Origin: Setoptus koraiensis
Taxonomy: Eukaryota > Animalia > Arthropoda
Assembly (NCBI GenBank): GCA_048013815.1
Contig: CM106586.1
Coordinates: 6,634,001 to 6,698,000 of the forward strand
Direction of reading: 5' to 3'
DNA: 64,000 nt
The position numbers were made by a program, and so were the translations under genes. This document shows positions 1-13,429 of the stretch, piece after piece. Position 1 is the stretch's first letter, and the number at the start of each line of letters is the position of its first letter. Below the pieces are notes generated by a model, which had not been told where the DNA came from, did not search any database, and saw nothing but the letters and a program-made list of their open reading frames with translations.

Positions 1-1150
1 CGCAACGACATACAACAACCAGCACGACAACCAGCAACAACAAACAAGCTCGCCAGTTGCTGCCTGGTCGAGTCTCAGAGGATCGCCGTCAGCGGGGGCC
101 ATGCCGCAACCGCTGCGAGTGATACCGCGCTGCCGGCAGCTCAACGGGCCGCTCAACGGGCTGCCCGTCGGGCTTGGCCGGCTCGCTGGTGCGGGCCGCT
201 GGCCGGCTAGCGGCCCGTAATTACCCGTATTCACACTTGCGCTATCATTACTATTGACATCCGACCATCATGCCGCTCTGGCCAGTGCTCGTGTGTGGGG
301 CCCCGCTCGTGAGCTGCCTGCCGCCTGCTTTATTGTGACGGGCGGCGTAGTAAAATGCTAGTTAATGTCGGCCAAAAGGTCGTCTAATGCAGTTAGGTCA
401 ACGAGAGGCTCTTGAGGGGCGCTGCCGGCAGCGGCTGCCCTGGGGACCGCTCCGGCCCCATTATTGGCGTTTATTTATTCTTTGCGTGGGCCGCACTGGC
501 CGAGCCAGTCTGTGCCATTCACTCGAGCATTGGCCAGCCTCTTTTTCGGCTCTCAACAGCGAGGCGCCCCCGACCTGGCCCCATGTAACATGGGCCATGT
601 TGCGTCGCATCCAGTGTTTGATAACTTGTGCAATAACTTCATCTCGGCCGCAGAGACTCGGCGATATATGCCGGCCAATGCACAGTGAGCAACGAAGTTA
701 CTCGGCGAATTCGCCACTTGTGATAATAATTATGTTATTACAACAAATTCAATTGCGCGATTGTGTTGAGGCGCGATCATCGCGCATCATTTGACTACAC
801 ACAACACAAACGGGGCCCCACTTTTGTTGCGCGCTAAATCGCTGCCAGTTGAGATTCGCGTCACGCATTCAACACTGATCGGCCAGCCGGATATTGGCCA
901 GATATTGGCCAGATATTACTGGTGCACACATGAACTCTCTGCCATCCATCGCCAATTTTCTGATGAGCGCTGCTGTTATGTTTGTGTTGTCAACTGATAA
1001 TTTTCTGATAGTTTTCTATGATCCATCTATCGCCAGCCAGCCAGCCGGCATTGTTTTAGCATGTCAGTTGCCAGTTGGCCTCTGCAATCCAGTCGGGCCT
1101 AGCTGGGGCCCCGCTGCGGGGTCAGAAGGTCGCCAGACTGGGGCCGGCAG

Positions 1151-1230
1151 CTCAAGTTCAACAATTTCGGCTCAAGTTCAGCATTTCCAGCCCAAGTTCA
1201 ACATTTTCGGCTCAAGTTCAGCTTCTGTCG
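1151..1230. repeat. 20-bp tandem repeat, 4 copies, with A-B-A-B higher-order pattern
   Basis: ctcaagttcaacaatttcgg / ctcaagttcagcatttccag / cccaagttcaacattttcgg / ctcaagttcagcttctgtcg read directly. Confidence 0.9.
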
Positions 1231-2124
1231 GCACTGGCGACGCTCTCGGTGCCCCGTCCGTGCATCCACACTCGCGAATAAGCCCCGAATAACCGCTCGC
1301 TTGGCGTGCCGTGATCGCATCAATCAGTCACTCGCAAAATGCTCGTGTGCCCGCTCAAATCAATGCATTTGGCATGACATTTGCGATATATTTTGTGTGG
1401 GCCCCATTTTGCAGCGCCGCAATCCATCCACGACAGAACAATGTAACCGAGCCCAAATTCAAAGCAGACGGATCCGCGCTGACGTGCCGCTGCAAATTAT
1501 CCGCGCACGTATCTCGTCACGGGCCGGCGACGGTGAGTCCGTGGTCTATTTCGAACAGAAGAAACAATTGAAGAACCGGCCCGACTCGGTTCGCTGCGAA
1601 AAGCCGCCATTTATCAGTGAAAAGCCGCTGTTTTTATCAGGCAAGAGCCGCGACTCATCGGGCGAGAGCCGCGTTTCGTCGGGCGGCGATTCATCAGCGA
1701 CGAGCCGTGATTTATTGGCGAACGGCACGGCAAACTGTGGGCTCGGAGCGGCGGATTTGAGCCGAGCGACGATTGTCGCATTGTCTGGCAGAGCGAAGAT
1801 CATTTGTTTATGCCGGCCGGAGATCATTGAACGATGGCGCTGTCTGGCGGGTCGTTTAATATGTGTCGCTACATATTAAACGGCTCAATTGAACGGTTCA
1901 ATCGTTTTCCGGCCAATGATCACTCGATTTGAACAGCCCTCAATGGCTGGCCGTTTGGGGCCCGTCGCGCGACGCTTTTGTCGCGCTGACAGGGCGCCCG
2001 ATTGCGCTGAATGCGAGCGCCCGATTCCACTTATCCCGTCCGGCGACCGGTGTGCGCCGGGCGTCAGCGGGGCCAATTTCATTACTGGCATTTCATTACT
2101 GGTTCTTTTTGTGCCCACTTTATT

Positions 2125-2220
2125 GGCCGCACAGTCTGCGCAGGCCGCATAGTCCGCGCGGGCCGCATAGTCCGCGCGGGCCGCACAGTCTGCAGAGGCA
2201 TAGTCCGCGCGGGCCGCAGA
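2125..2220. repeat. 18-bp GC-rich minisatellite (ggccgcatagtccgcgcg), about 5 copies
   Basis: Units start at 2125, 2143, 2161, 2179 and 2197 (the last has a 3-bp deletion). It explains the repetitive ARADYA ORF 1885-2226. Confidence 0.9.
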
Positions 2221-4191
2221 GGCCATAGAACGCGCGCGGGGCCCGAGCGGCCGCCGGTCAACGGCCAGCCGGTGCCAGCGGCACTTGACGAGGGGCCAGC
2301 GCAGCCGATTCAGCTGTCTGTCAGCTGAATCAGCTATGTTAATATTTGCTATATTAGCTTTATAATGCAGCAGCAGCGGCAGCGGCAGCTCTATAAGGCA
2401 GCAATATAAAGCAGCTTTACAGGTAGGTTACATAATAGGTGCGCCGGGTGCTTTCAGGTATTTTCAGGTGCATTTACAGGATAGTTATCTGATTGAATGG
2501 CAGCGGAGCGGCAGTTATTCAATTGGATAGCACTCGGCCGGCTGGCAGCCAGTTTGACAGCCGATGGACAAATGAGCCGGGTAAATAATATTGTCGCTTT
2601 GCCCGGCCCGGCGGCCGACAAGTGCAACGCCGCTGACAAGTGGCGCCAAGACAGCTTGCCATTGACAGAAAGTCAGTGTGTGTGTGTGTCAGGCAATGTG
2701 TTTACTTGTGTACTTTGCTGCAGCGCGTCAGTTGACGGGGGGCCCCTATAAATCAATGAATAATAGAGAGATTTGCTGGCGCCGCTGTCTACTTATACAC
2801 ACGAACAAACAAACTGACAGATGACAGCGAGCTGGCGACGTGCAACTATGATCTGCGATATTGATTTAAGTAGCAAATCACGCCTGGCGGCCACACTGAC
2901 GGGCACGAGAAAGGGGCCCGCCAGTTCAAACTTACAAATCAGCAAATCGGCAAATAGAGCAGCCACTTGGCGAGCCGCTCGGCTTGCCAACTGGCGAAAT
3001 AATAATAATGATAATAAACTGTTCGTCGGTGACCTTGTTGCGCTGACCTCGGGCCGGGCTTAATGGGCGCAGGGCGCCGGGCGCCGGGCGACGGACGCGG
3101 GGCGACGCTCTCAATCAAACGCGCCAGCGTTGCCCGGCCCGAGTTAATGATTGAGAATTAGCGAAAAGAACAGCGCCAATCGGGCTGCCAATCAGTCAAT
3201 TATTGTAATTGGCACAGGGGCATTATCATGGCCCGGCTGGCCCGGTTCATTCGCGATCACCGACATCATCGCTGGCGACTAATGACCGGATTATTCATTT
3301 CGTTCGCCCTATCGGGCCTCTGTCGGGCCTCTGTCGGGCCTCTATCAAGCCCCGGTCGGGCCGCTTCGTCGGGCCTCGGTCGGCCGCTTTGTGGGGCCAA
3401 CTAATGAATTGTTCGCGAATCGCGAGTCGCGAGTCGCGACTAGCCCGAGCCGGCCCGCAGATCAGCGATAATCGGTCGAGCGCGACAGCGACAAACAGCC
3501 CGAACGGTTAGCGACTCGCTGATAGCGAGCTAGCGAAGCTCATCGCGCACGCTAATCAATTTCAATGCCAGTGTGTCACTCGCACACTTCCGGTGAGACG
3601 CCATCTCCAGGCGGGCACGGGCGTAACTCCTAATTGCTTATTAATTAGCTATTTAATTAGTTGTCATGTGGCCGTCAGAGGCCGTTATGTTTCCGTTGTG
3701 CCGCTGTCGCTACTACTAGCAGCCTCTACTCGTCCCGTTGATGATGCCGCTTTGGCTGTTGTTACATAATATTATCACATATATAATACAACTTGCAACA
3801 TAATACTACATGTGTTACGTTTAGCGCACATTGGTGGCCGTTGATTTATGAGAGGCCCGCTCGCTCGGACACTTAACCTTGCCACTCTTAACTGGCGCTT
3901 GTGTGTCTTGGGGGGCCCGTAGCGACGAAATCGGTGATTATCTGGCGTGCTTGCGTGCGAGCAACTGTATTATTGTTATCACTGTGCCAGTGTCAGATAG
4001 TAGATCTGTCTCCATTTATTCATGTACCCCCATGTAATTGGTCGTAATCATTGCGCAATGCACCGTTGCCCCTGTCGTGTGTGTGTGTGTGTCGCAATAT
4101 AACGTACAATTGCACGTGCACAATTGCAATTGTACGTGGCACACTCTGTACTCTCATTAGCATAGCGAGCTAATGGGCTCTCCGCAGCGCT

Positions 4192-4263
4192 CGCGAGTCG
4201 CCACCGTCGCTAGGTGCTCCGCGAGTCGCCACCGTCGCTAGGTGCTCCGCGAGTCGCCACCGT
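4192..4263. repeat. 28-bp tandem repeat, about 2.6 copies
   Basis: cgcgagtcgccaccgtcgctaggtgctc at 4192 and 4220, partial at 4248; no spacers. Confidence 0.9.
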
Positions 4264-7200
4264 TGGGCCGAAAGTGCGCGTACCACGCGGATCCCGTCCA
4301 ATCCGATCGAATGTAATGTGTGTGGGCCACGCAAACACATTGTGCCGCCGCCGACAACACTTGTGCCTCTTGTGAGAAGTCTCAGCCCGGTTCGCCGCCG
4401 AGATCGATGGCTCTCTTGCCACTGTTGTAATTCACCGGCAGCTCGCCGGCTGGCGGCGAGCGAGCGAGCGAGCGCCGGGGGCCCGCACTAAATTCAGCGA
4501 CCCACTAGATAGTGATTGATGTGATCGAAAGAGACACACTCTCACTTTGTGCCACCGTTTGCCAGTCGGCGCTGCTGTTGTTGTCGTTGTTAGCGTTGTT
4601 GCTGTTGATGGTGTTATGACGCGTGAGTCGCAACCCACATTACGTAATGCACAGCCATTGTGGCCCTAGGTATAATTTCTGGGCACCGGGCCGCTCCTCG
4701 CCCGACGCCAGCAGCGACCCCCGCCAACGGCGACCCCCGCCACCAGCGACCAAGACCAAGCATTAATAAACGGGCGAGTGCGGTCAGGAGAGCTCGCCAA
4801 GTGAGATGTCTCCTCTTTTGGTGGATGAACCACACTGTTGGCGACTGCACTGTTGGTGCATAGCGATGCGATCAATCCGCGCTGATTGGTGCGCTGGCTG
4901 GCTGGCTGGCTGGCTGGTGCGAGCTCGGGGCCGAGTCGGTGGTGCTGAGGCCCCGCGCAACTCACGGCCCGGGTGGCACGGGTGGCACGGGCGGTCCGGG
5001 CGGCACGGCCCGAAGCTCGAAGCCCGAGCGAGTATCAGATCATTGTGCGACACACAGCCAGTGAGGCACATCAAATCAGTGAGGCGACTTGTGGCCGCGC
5101 GCTGTGATAGACTCGTGCCAAACGGGCACCTAAGAGGCCCCATCAGCGGAGGCAGCAGCATCAAATTGATTCTAGTTGAAGCGCCCATTATCGGACCAAG
5201 CGCATCGAAGCGCCACTTTGGGGCCAATGTTAAAATTAACACAGGCACCACTGGATGATAACCGGTGGCGGGCCACTTGAATTTTGAGAGGGGCCAGCTC
5301 GTCGGGCTCGGCCCCGCGATAATCAACGCTCAATCATAATACATGTAATGTATGAGGCAATCACAGCAGCACCCACACCTGATCTATCCGCTGACCATCG
5401 TTACCAGTGTGCGGGTCTTTTTATTTTTCGTCCATCGGAGGGGTCCTTTCCCAAACATATACCTCACATATACCTCACAAATACCTCACGTATGCCACAT
5501 ATACGATATACAACTTGTATAATCCAAGTAAAAGCTGACTCGCAAATTGTTTTGCGCCTATTTTTCTTGTCTCACACCCACACTGTATATATGTTTATGG
5601 TCAACCACTACCGGATGGATGGACTTGGTGTCGACTGGACCGACCACGGACTCGACGGCACCATCGTTTATCGGCGACGTGTCCGTTCGAATTAAATCAA
5701 ATTTTGCGCCATTTCAAACAACACCCACCGCTGTTTACCACTACATAATACATTTTACAATGCGCGCCACTGTGTGCAATTTTCGTCATCGCCTCGCCAA
5801 CTCTAGTCCTATCAACTGTCACCAATCGTTTGGGGGCACTGCGTCAGCCGCATCACCTGAAACATCACCAACAACAACAACAACAACAGCAGCAGCAGCA
5901 ACAACAACGACAACAACAACAATAGCCACAGGGGCAACGATGCGACAGCCTGGGCCGAGGTCAGCCGAGTTTTCAATTGGTGCGTGATCTGAGCGCCACC
6001 AAGCTTCTCAGACACTTTGTGTCCGGACCCCAATCACTGACTGCAGTGCCGTGTTGAAATTTCACCGTTACAAAGTTCACCAACTGCCACCCACTCACTA
6101 CACGTGGCATGGTCAACTGGACACGAGCTCCACCGAACATGGATGCCGGGCCCCAACTAATCAATCAGTCGGGCTCGCACCGGACGTGCCGCCGCTGCCA
6201 TCCGATCGCTAGCATACTAATGCATCTCATATAACTACTCTCTATATCTGTCGCTCTCAAGCCGACCACGTACAAGCAATAATTTGGTGAACATAAATTG
6301 TTACGTCATGTATCAAATCACATATACATATATACATATATATATATATACATTAAGTGCACATTATGTAAACGCACACAAATTTGTCATAACCTTTATG
6401 TGTGATGCGAATAAACTTAGCTCATTGCAGCAAATCGTCACTTGTGAATGGCTCGCCTTGCCGGATCCCTGTCCGCTACTACCTGTGCATAATGTTTATC
6501 GGCCGGTCAACTTCGGGTGTCGCCCACACAGGCCCCAAAGACGCATAGACGCATAGACGCATAGATGATGCGAACAAATTTGTCATGTATCCGCATACGA
6601 TCTCATGCGGCCTCTCGCAAGGTTCAGCTCAATTGAGCGCGAATCAGGGCCGAGTTCGGTGGTGCCAAACTAACATTCGGGGCCCATACGGGACCGAATC
6701 GGGCTACGACGGGATGCCGTCAACAGATGCGCACGACATCTGATGGCGCCTTGATGAATTTGGGCTCGAGAATTTAAATTCTGTCGGCAGCAGTTATAAA
6801 TAGATTAATAACATTCGGGGGGCGGGGGGGCCTCATTTGAATGCGATCCCAACCAAGACACAACATGCCGCTGCGCTAAATGTGATCCAAAGCCGAGCGG
6901 AACACTCCAAGTGTATAATTTACTTTTTGTCCCTTTCTTCGCTGCTTTTGTTGCATTGTTTGCATGCACTGCCCAGTTGGCCGGCCCAACAATGTCAAAA
7001 ACCAACGAGGGACACCTATGACGCTCCAATTGCTTCCATTTCAGTGTCGTTGTGCGGGGCGAATTGTTTTTAATTGCTGCATCTTTTCTCTGGCTGCCAT
7101 TGGATAGTTTGCTGCTGCTTTTGTTTTTTGTATTGTCGCAATGGTTGCGTCACAAAACAAACCGGCGACAACAGATGACAAACAAAAGGAAAAAATTATG

Positions 7201-8617
7201 CGGTGGCCCTAAGCATGACTTGTGTGTCACTGGATCGTTGAAACAATCTTCTTTTGTGCGCGACAATTTATTCGGGCCAACTCTCTAATCACAACCACCA
7301 CCGACAACAAATGCAACCACTACCAACAACAACCAGCAACAACAAATGACAACCACCGCAACAATGACTGCTGTTATTGTTGCGGTTGTTGTTGTTGTTG
7401 TTATACTTCAATTAGGCAGCTACTCGTAAACGTACACCAACCAGCATGAACAACATTCACGAATTAACGGCTCAGAAATTCTCGGAATGTGGTCCCATAT
7501 TGTTGCTGTGTGCTTGCAAACCAAGACTAGCCCGCAACTGGATAAATTACAAATCGTTTGCCAGTTGCGAATCGCCCCTACAATCGCTCATTCACGTTCA
7601 CAACATGTATACACGTTCTTTGTTTAGATTGCAATGCTCACTTTGCACCAGTAGCCCGTCAAGCCCTCAGATGCCGAATAGACTACACGTGACCATATGT
7701 TGGTTTGTTTGTTGCTGGCAAGTTGATGGCATAATTATTAGGTTAATGAGCTTGCCACACGGGGCGAGGGGCGCGCCTAGAGCGTCTGGGCATGTTGACA
7801 GCTTGATTCGTCGTGCTAATTGTTTTGAAATGGTCAGCGAAATAATGACTCGCAGCACGAGGCACGTGATTTGGGCACCATCTCATTGTGGTTGCTGCAA
7901 TAATTGTGCTCGTGCAAACAATGTAAACACTTGTTATTATGTCGCGAGTGACCGCAAGACAATTGTCGCTTGGCACATCATTAAACAACTTGTCGCTCCG
8001 AAAAGTTGTTTTGGGATCTGTGCCGGTGACGGCTGAATTAGGGTCCGCTCTATCTAATGGGTCGCATTGTCAAATTGTCACATTGTCACTCGCTGATGGT
8101 GACGTGCGGCCACGATTGGATGGCGAGATTAGATTGCTGGCCAAGATCGTCTGTTTGCAGCCAAATTGTAGCCAAACAAACAGTCGCATGCTGAAGTGAG
8201 CTGAGTAAAAGCAGCAAATGTAAAAGTTAAAGTTGAGCAATCAGTTATATCTGTGACTTCATGTCGACAAATTAATAATGAATATTAACCATTATTTATA
8301 ATCATGTTGCCAACAGTCAGACACTCAATCGTTTTTTGTGTTTCGTCTAGGCGCCAACAGCAACAATGTCGACAGATGACAGATAAGACAACAACAGGGA
8401 TTGTGCAAAATCGTCATACGGTATCTGCGCTTTCCTAGTGCCGTCTAATACGTTGTATCTATTTATGTTGTTATTATGTTGTGATTATTAGCCAGTAAAA
8501 TATAAATCACTTATCATTGGCAATATAGTCAGACATATATGGTTAGACCATTGAAGCAATCACTGTTCAGCGACTCTGGTAGCAGACGGATATTGCACAA
8601 TTCGTAGCCCGGTCAGC

Positions 8618-11613
8618 ATGATGAGCAAGCCGACGAAGACGAACAAAGGCATCGGTGGCAATGTTCAAACAATGATCGGCCATATGCCTAAATTTAATTA
8701 TATCACAGTGGCTTTTGGTTTGATTATTAGCCTGCTGCAGCTATCGGCACCACCGCTAATTTTTTGCCACAGAAGCAAGCCAGAACCGGTCAATAAAAGC
8801 AGCGATAAAGTTATATATTATGATAGAATATTTCAGGATAAGCTAAGCAGCAAACCGACAACAAGCGCCAACAGATTCGATTATGTATCTCCGACAATCT
8901 CGGAATCGGTCTCTGAGGTGAGCAAGTCAGTTGCGAACTCCAATTTTATGGAGCCATTGCTCGAATCGTCCCTTTATCCTAGGTGAGTAGCCGGGGCTTA
9001 AATAACCGACGATATGATCGAATTCAATATTATTATCCGCTTTATTAGCCGATAGTTTAGCCTCTAATTGAAACACTTGTTAATGACACGGGAAACATTT
9101 TCAGACCGACGGAAACGAGGAGCGTGTCGTCACTGAATGGCGTGTACGATTTTTGTTTGACCGAACAAAAATCCGCTATGCAAACTGATTGGCATACAAG
9201 GGCTCTAAGGGATGCTTGTTCCAAAGAGGATCTCTTTAGGATGCCCGTTCCTTCGGCCTACAATGACATAACACCCTTGAAACGAGTTAGAGATCACATT
9301 GGTTGGGTGTGGTACGAAAGGGATATCGTCTGTCCACAGACTGGACGCTCGTCACCGGAAACAGAAAATTCATTTGACAACAGTGGCGGTAATAGTGTGC
9401 ATTTGTTAAGATTTGACAGTGTTAATTATGAAACAATTGTATGGTTGAATGGCATTAAGCTGGGCACACACATAGGCGGTCATTTGCCATTTAGCTTCAG
9501 ATTGACCAATAGGGACCTTTGCGATACACTCAAGCAGGACAATGGCAAAAGGAAAACAAACAGACTGACTATTGCCGTCAACAACAATCTCACCGCAAAC
9601 ACCATACCCAGCGGCCAATTGAAACAGATCAAGCTGTCCAATGGTAAATTGGTGAACCGTTTCCGGCCTGACTTTGATTTTTTCAATTATGCTGGCATAT
9701 TGCGTGATGTCAGATTGTACACTGTGCCTGATATGTTTATTAGCGACATAACGACTTATGTCAAAAATGTTATCTATGTTGAGCAGGATAAAAAAGAGGA
9801 AGAGGGAGATTTTGGGAAGTTGTTCGGCACCGCAAACAGGTCCACATCGAGTCGCACCTCTGTTGACATCCCCGTCAGAGCAATTGTTGGCTACAAACTA
9901 AAAGTTGATGTGCCAGATAGAGTTTTATCGTGGATGAAGTCGGTATCTGACAGTGCTGGCACTCGTGATATAGACAGAACGAATAATTTTTCTATTATTG
10001 TCAGCCTGAGAGATGATAGAAGCGAAGTGGTGGCCAGAACTGTGAAAACTTTCAACATTTCTCATGTCATGAACTCGCAAAATGAATTGCCCCGATACAA
10101 TAGGAGATACTTTGAGTTGGAGGGCGACATAGAAATCAACAGACCCAAATTGTGGCTACCCTACCAGCTAGCTAATCAGATGAACTCAGTGAAGGCAACA
10201 AGCACAAGTCATTGTGACACAACTTGCACTACGAATGAATCTAACGAACAAGAACAATCTGACAGTGACAGATTAAATTATCGCGCTCATCTCTATGATA
10301 TAGAGTTCATTATTAAATTAAGTGATAATCATACAAATCATGCAACAAGAGACATGTACAATCTGAAGATTGGTATAAAAACAGTTGAACTTTCAACAGA
10401 GAATGGTCCTTTTGTAATCAACAAGCGTCCACTCTATCTGAAAGGATTCGGTAAGCACGAGGAACAATTGGTAAGTCGTCGGGTTCTTTACAACAAGACG
10501 TGTATCAATTGATTGGTGTAACAAAAATAATAATATTCTTACATTTCACCTTTCAGTTTCGTGGTCGCTCAATGGATCTGGCGTCGCTCATGAAGGATAT
10601 TTATTTGATCAAATGGACGGGAGCCAACGTAATTAGAACGTCACATTATCCATACTCCGAAGAGTTCCTTGATGAAATGGACGCTCATGGTCTGATGGTT
10701 ATCGACGAATGTCCGGCTGTAGGTGAGTAAACTGAATTATACACTGTAATAAAACACTTTTTAGCAGCATACTCTTGAAAGATTATATCTATCGAATCAC
10801 TGCAACTAAATGTTTTTCCTTCTATTATTGCAGGATTGAACTACTTTGATGACAAAAAACTTAGTCTCCATCAAAATATCATGACAGAACTTATTCAGCG
10901 AGATAAAAACCGTGCCTCTGTTATCATGTGGTCGCTGGCCAATGAACCAAGATCTGATATGAAAGAATCTAACAAATATTTCAAGAATTTAGTTGACTAT
11001 GTAAATAAAGTGCAATCGCCAATTAAACTGCCGCTGACTGGCGCAATAGCACAAGAATACAATACTGACCATCTTGGTCAATATCTGGATGTCCTCATGA
11101 TCAACAGGTACTACGGTTGGTACGAAGACGTGGGCCACACAGATCAAATCTACGATAAATTGACAGGTGATCTACACAATTGGATAAAGAAATTCCAGAG
11201 GCCTGTAATGATTAGCGAGTATGGAGCTGATTGTGTGAGTGGCCTGCATAAATTGCCAGATATAATCTTTTCCGAAGAATTCCAAACTGAGCTCATGAAG
11301 GAGAACTTTCGTGCGTTTGACTTCTTCCGGAATATAAACGACACCAGATTGGGAAATTATTTCATCGGGGAAATGATTTGGAATTTCGCTGATTTCCAAA
11401 CACACCAAGCCCTTAACAGAGTTGGTGGAAATAAAAAAGTAAGTGTGATTTATTTTAACATGGTCAACTGAGATTATAATTTGACTCCAAGTTATATTTA
11501 AAAAATGTTTACTTATGTTTTATTACAATCTGCAGGGAGTATTCACCCAGGATAGACAACCAAAGATGGCAGCCCACCTGATAAGATCTCGCTATCTTCT
11601 TCTAGACAAATGA
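8618..11613 (+). CDS. GUSB: Beta-glucuronidase (GH2), 5 exons, about 859 aa
   Basis: Exons 8618-8982, 9105-10470, 10557-10722, 10834-11438, 11536-11613, all GT-AG and phase-consistent (2580 nt). Motifs: LYPR..ETR, WVWYER, HIGGHLPF, FDFFNYAGI, GFGKHE, RTSHYPYSEE, acid/base WSLANEP, nucleophile SEYGAD, WNFADF, GNKKGVFT. N-terminal hydrophobic stretch YITVAFGLIISLLQL; the start could instead be the ATG of MPKFNY. Confidence 0.93.
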
Positions 11614-11803
11614 TAGATGATTAGGATGATGGTCGAAAGATGAGCGTGAGACTGAGATTTAGGACTTTATTATAACATTAAATTGTTGGGCCTATTTAAT
11701 GTAGAAGGATTCAACTTTGATACTGTACATTTACCAATTGTCGCGTCAGCCGTGCAATCAGTTGAGATGAGTGGTATTAGATGGGGTAGGTCATTGGTCA
11801 GGC

Positions 11804-13025
11804 TTATTTTTTATCACAGTCGTCTTCAAAAATGGCAAAAGTTGGTTTGGGCTTCGGTGCAGTGGTAGTAGGTCTTGAGCGTGACCTCATGGGTCGTCTT
11901 GACAATCCTGAACTAGCTTCAGTTATCTTGTCTGATACTATCTCATTTTCTCGGCCCACTTTACCAACACTTGATACACGTTGCGAAGTGGGTATGGGTT
12001 TTGGTAAAATAGTCTTCAGAGGCCCCACAGTATCTTCATTCTCGTCTGCAAAGACATCGAGTGGGACCTGTTTCTCTCCGGGTTTTCTGTCGGTGAGTTT
12101 CGGCTTACTTTTAACAGCTACTTTGATGCCATTAACAATCTTGGTCTGACTTTTAAGACCACCAACATTCGCCTGGTCTACAGCAGATCCTGTTCTATTG
12201 ATAGATACTTTGGCCTGATCATTCTTAAGTTTAGTCATTTTCAAGCTTTGTAGGGCCTTCCTTATGCCAGCCTGCTCCATAATGGTATTGGCATTGGGGC
12301 CGGTATTATCGTTGGTATTCTGTTCGAATTGTTCACTCTCGCCATTCATAATAGCTTTGAACAGACGATACTGAAGTTGATCGCGGGCTTGCTCTAAACT
12401 GTCTATTGGCGATGCCCTGTTCTTTATTCCTGTTTCGATTATCTCATTAGCCTTCTTGACGTTGAGTCTGATATCGTATTGCCAGGACCAGCGTAAATAG
12501 AATGACGCTATGAGGGAGGAGATTGAGTTAGCATACATAAAGCTAAATATTTCTAGGGGTTCGCTGCAGAAGCGTTTGAATTTCATGAAAATATTGAACA
12601 ATCGTTCGTCCTGTTTAAACTCTTGGACATCGTGAAATTGTTCAATACAAGTCTCCACAGCCTCTGCTATGATTGAATTGTCGCCACCCTCAGGACAATT
12701 TTGTTCTAGCCAATCAATATAATCGTGCCACAGGGTGAGCTTATCGCTCTGCGTTATGTCTGCCTGGTCTAACTGGGCTTTGAATTGACTATATATTACA
12801 GAACAAGGTAAGAAAACAACATGTATGTATGGATAAGTATGTGGAGTAATGTTAGGGTTGCTCAATTGACTGTCACTACACTTACCTCTCGCGTTCTTTC
12901 AATCTGTTCTCTCTTTCTTTGTGGTTGTCGGTGAGTTTCAGTGCCTCAAACAAATCGTCAATCTTTCTTCCCTGAGTCAGTGGTTGTATGTTCTCCTTGC
13001 AGTGATCCCAATCTAGATAAGCCAT
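11804..13025 (-). CDS. mad3: Mad3/BubR1-like spindle checkpoint protein without kinase domain, 2 exons, about 374 aa
   Basis: Exon 1 13025-12886 (MAYLDWDHCKENIQPLTQGR, the KEN1 box), intron 12885-12789, exon 2 12788-11804 with a Mad3/Bub1 TPR region (LWHDYIDWLEQNCPEGG, FKQDERL, FSFMYANSI, GIKNRASP), ABBA-like LDVFADE and FAIFEDD, and RENE at the KEN2 position. Confidence 0.88.
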
Positions 13026-13254
13026 TGTGTGATGATGAGGTTTAACTATAACTAATTAATAACTTCAACTAATGTCTATTATAAGGTGGGAACAATGATA
13101 GTAATAGTGAATGAGTGTCGATAAGAGTTGTATCATGTCTCTATAATGCTGGATAAACTCGTGGTAAATCTTGTCGGGTAAAACTAACCGTTTCGTCGCG
13201 CATAAACAAAACTTCGGTTCAACTTGTTCAAGTCTAGTTTACGCTTGCGCTGCT

Positions 13255-13270
13255 AACTTGGCGCCAAGTT
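13255..13270. promoter_or_regulatory. Perfect 16-bp palindrome AACTTGGCGCCAAGTT (double E2F-like TTGGCGC) in the mad3/SLC25A32 bidirectional promoter
   Basis: The palindrome is read directly and lies between divergent ATGs at 13025 and 13430. The regulatory role is inferred. Confidence 0.5.
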
Positions 13271-13429
13271 CAAATAAGATTTTTTTTTCTTCTTTTTATG
13301 CTGATTATTACAAACACGCAGAAATCATTGTGATGTGGAAACACGCTTCCAAGACACATATCTATACTACATACACATGTATTTACACATATAGAATTGG
13401 TTGATCTTTCACCCAAATAACCAACCAAA

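Noticed and set aside
2420-2470. CAGGTAG / CAGGTA / CAGGTG cluster as a Zelda or Snail enhancer
   Set aside because: Only three short matches, also explained by a small ttt(t)cagg duplication; too weak to call.
4192-4263. 28-bp repeats as a CRISPR array
   Set aside because: Units abut with no spacers, there are no cas genes, and the DNA is eukaryotic.
387-8199. Many 60-200 aa ORFs in the first 8 kb, including 1301-1879, 4784-5326 and 7446-8036
   Set aside because: No recognisable domains. They overlap on both strands, are Arg/Ala/Gly/Cys-rich and track GC-rich low-complexity DNA, as expected by chance. Small exons of a gene outside the window cannot be excluded.
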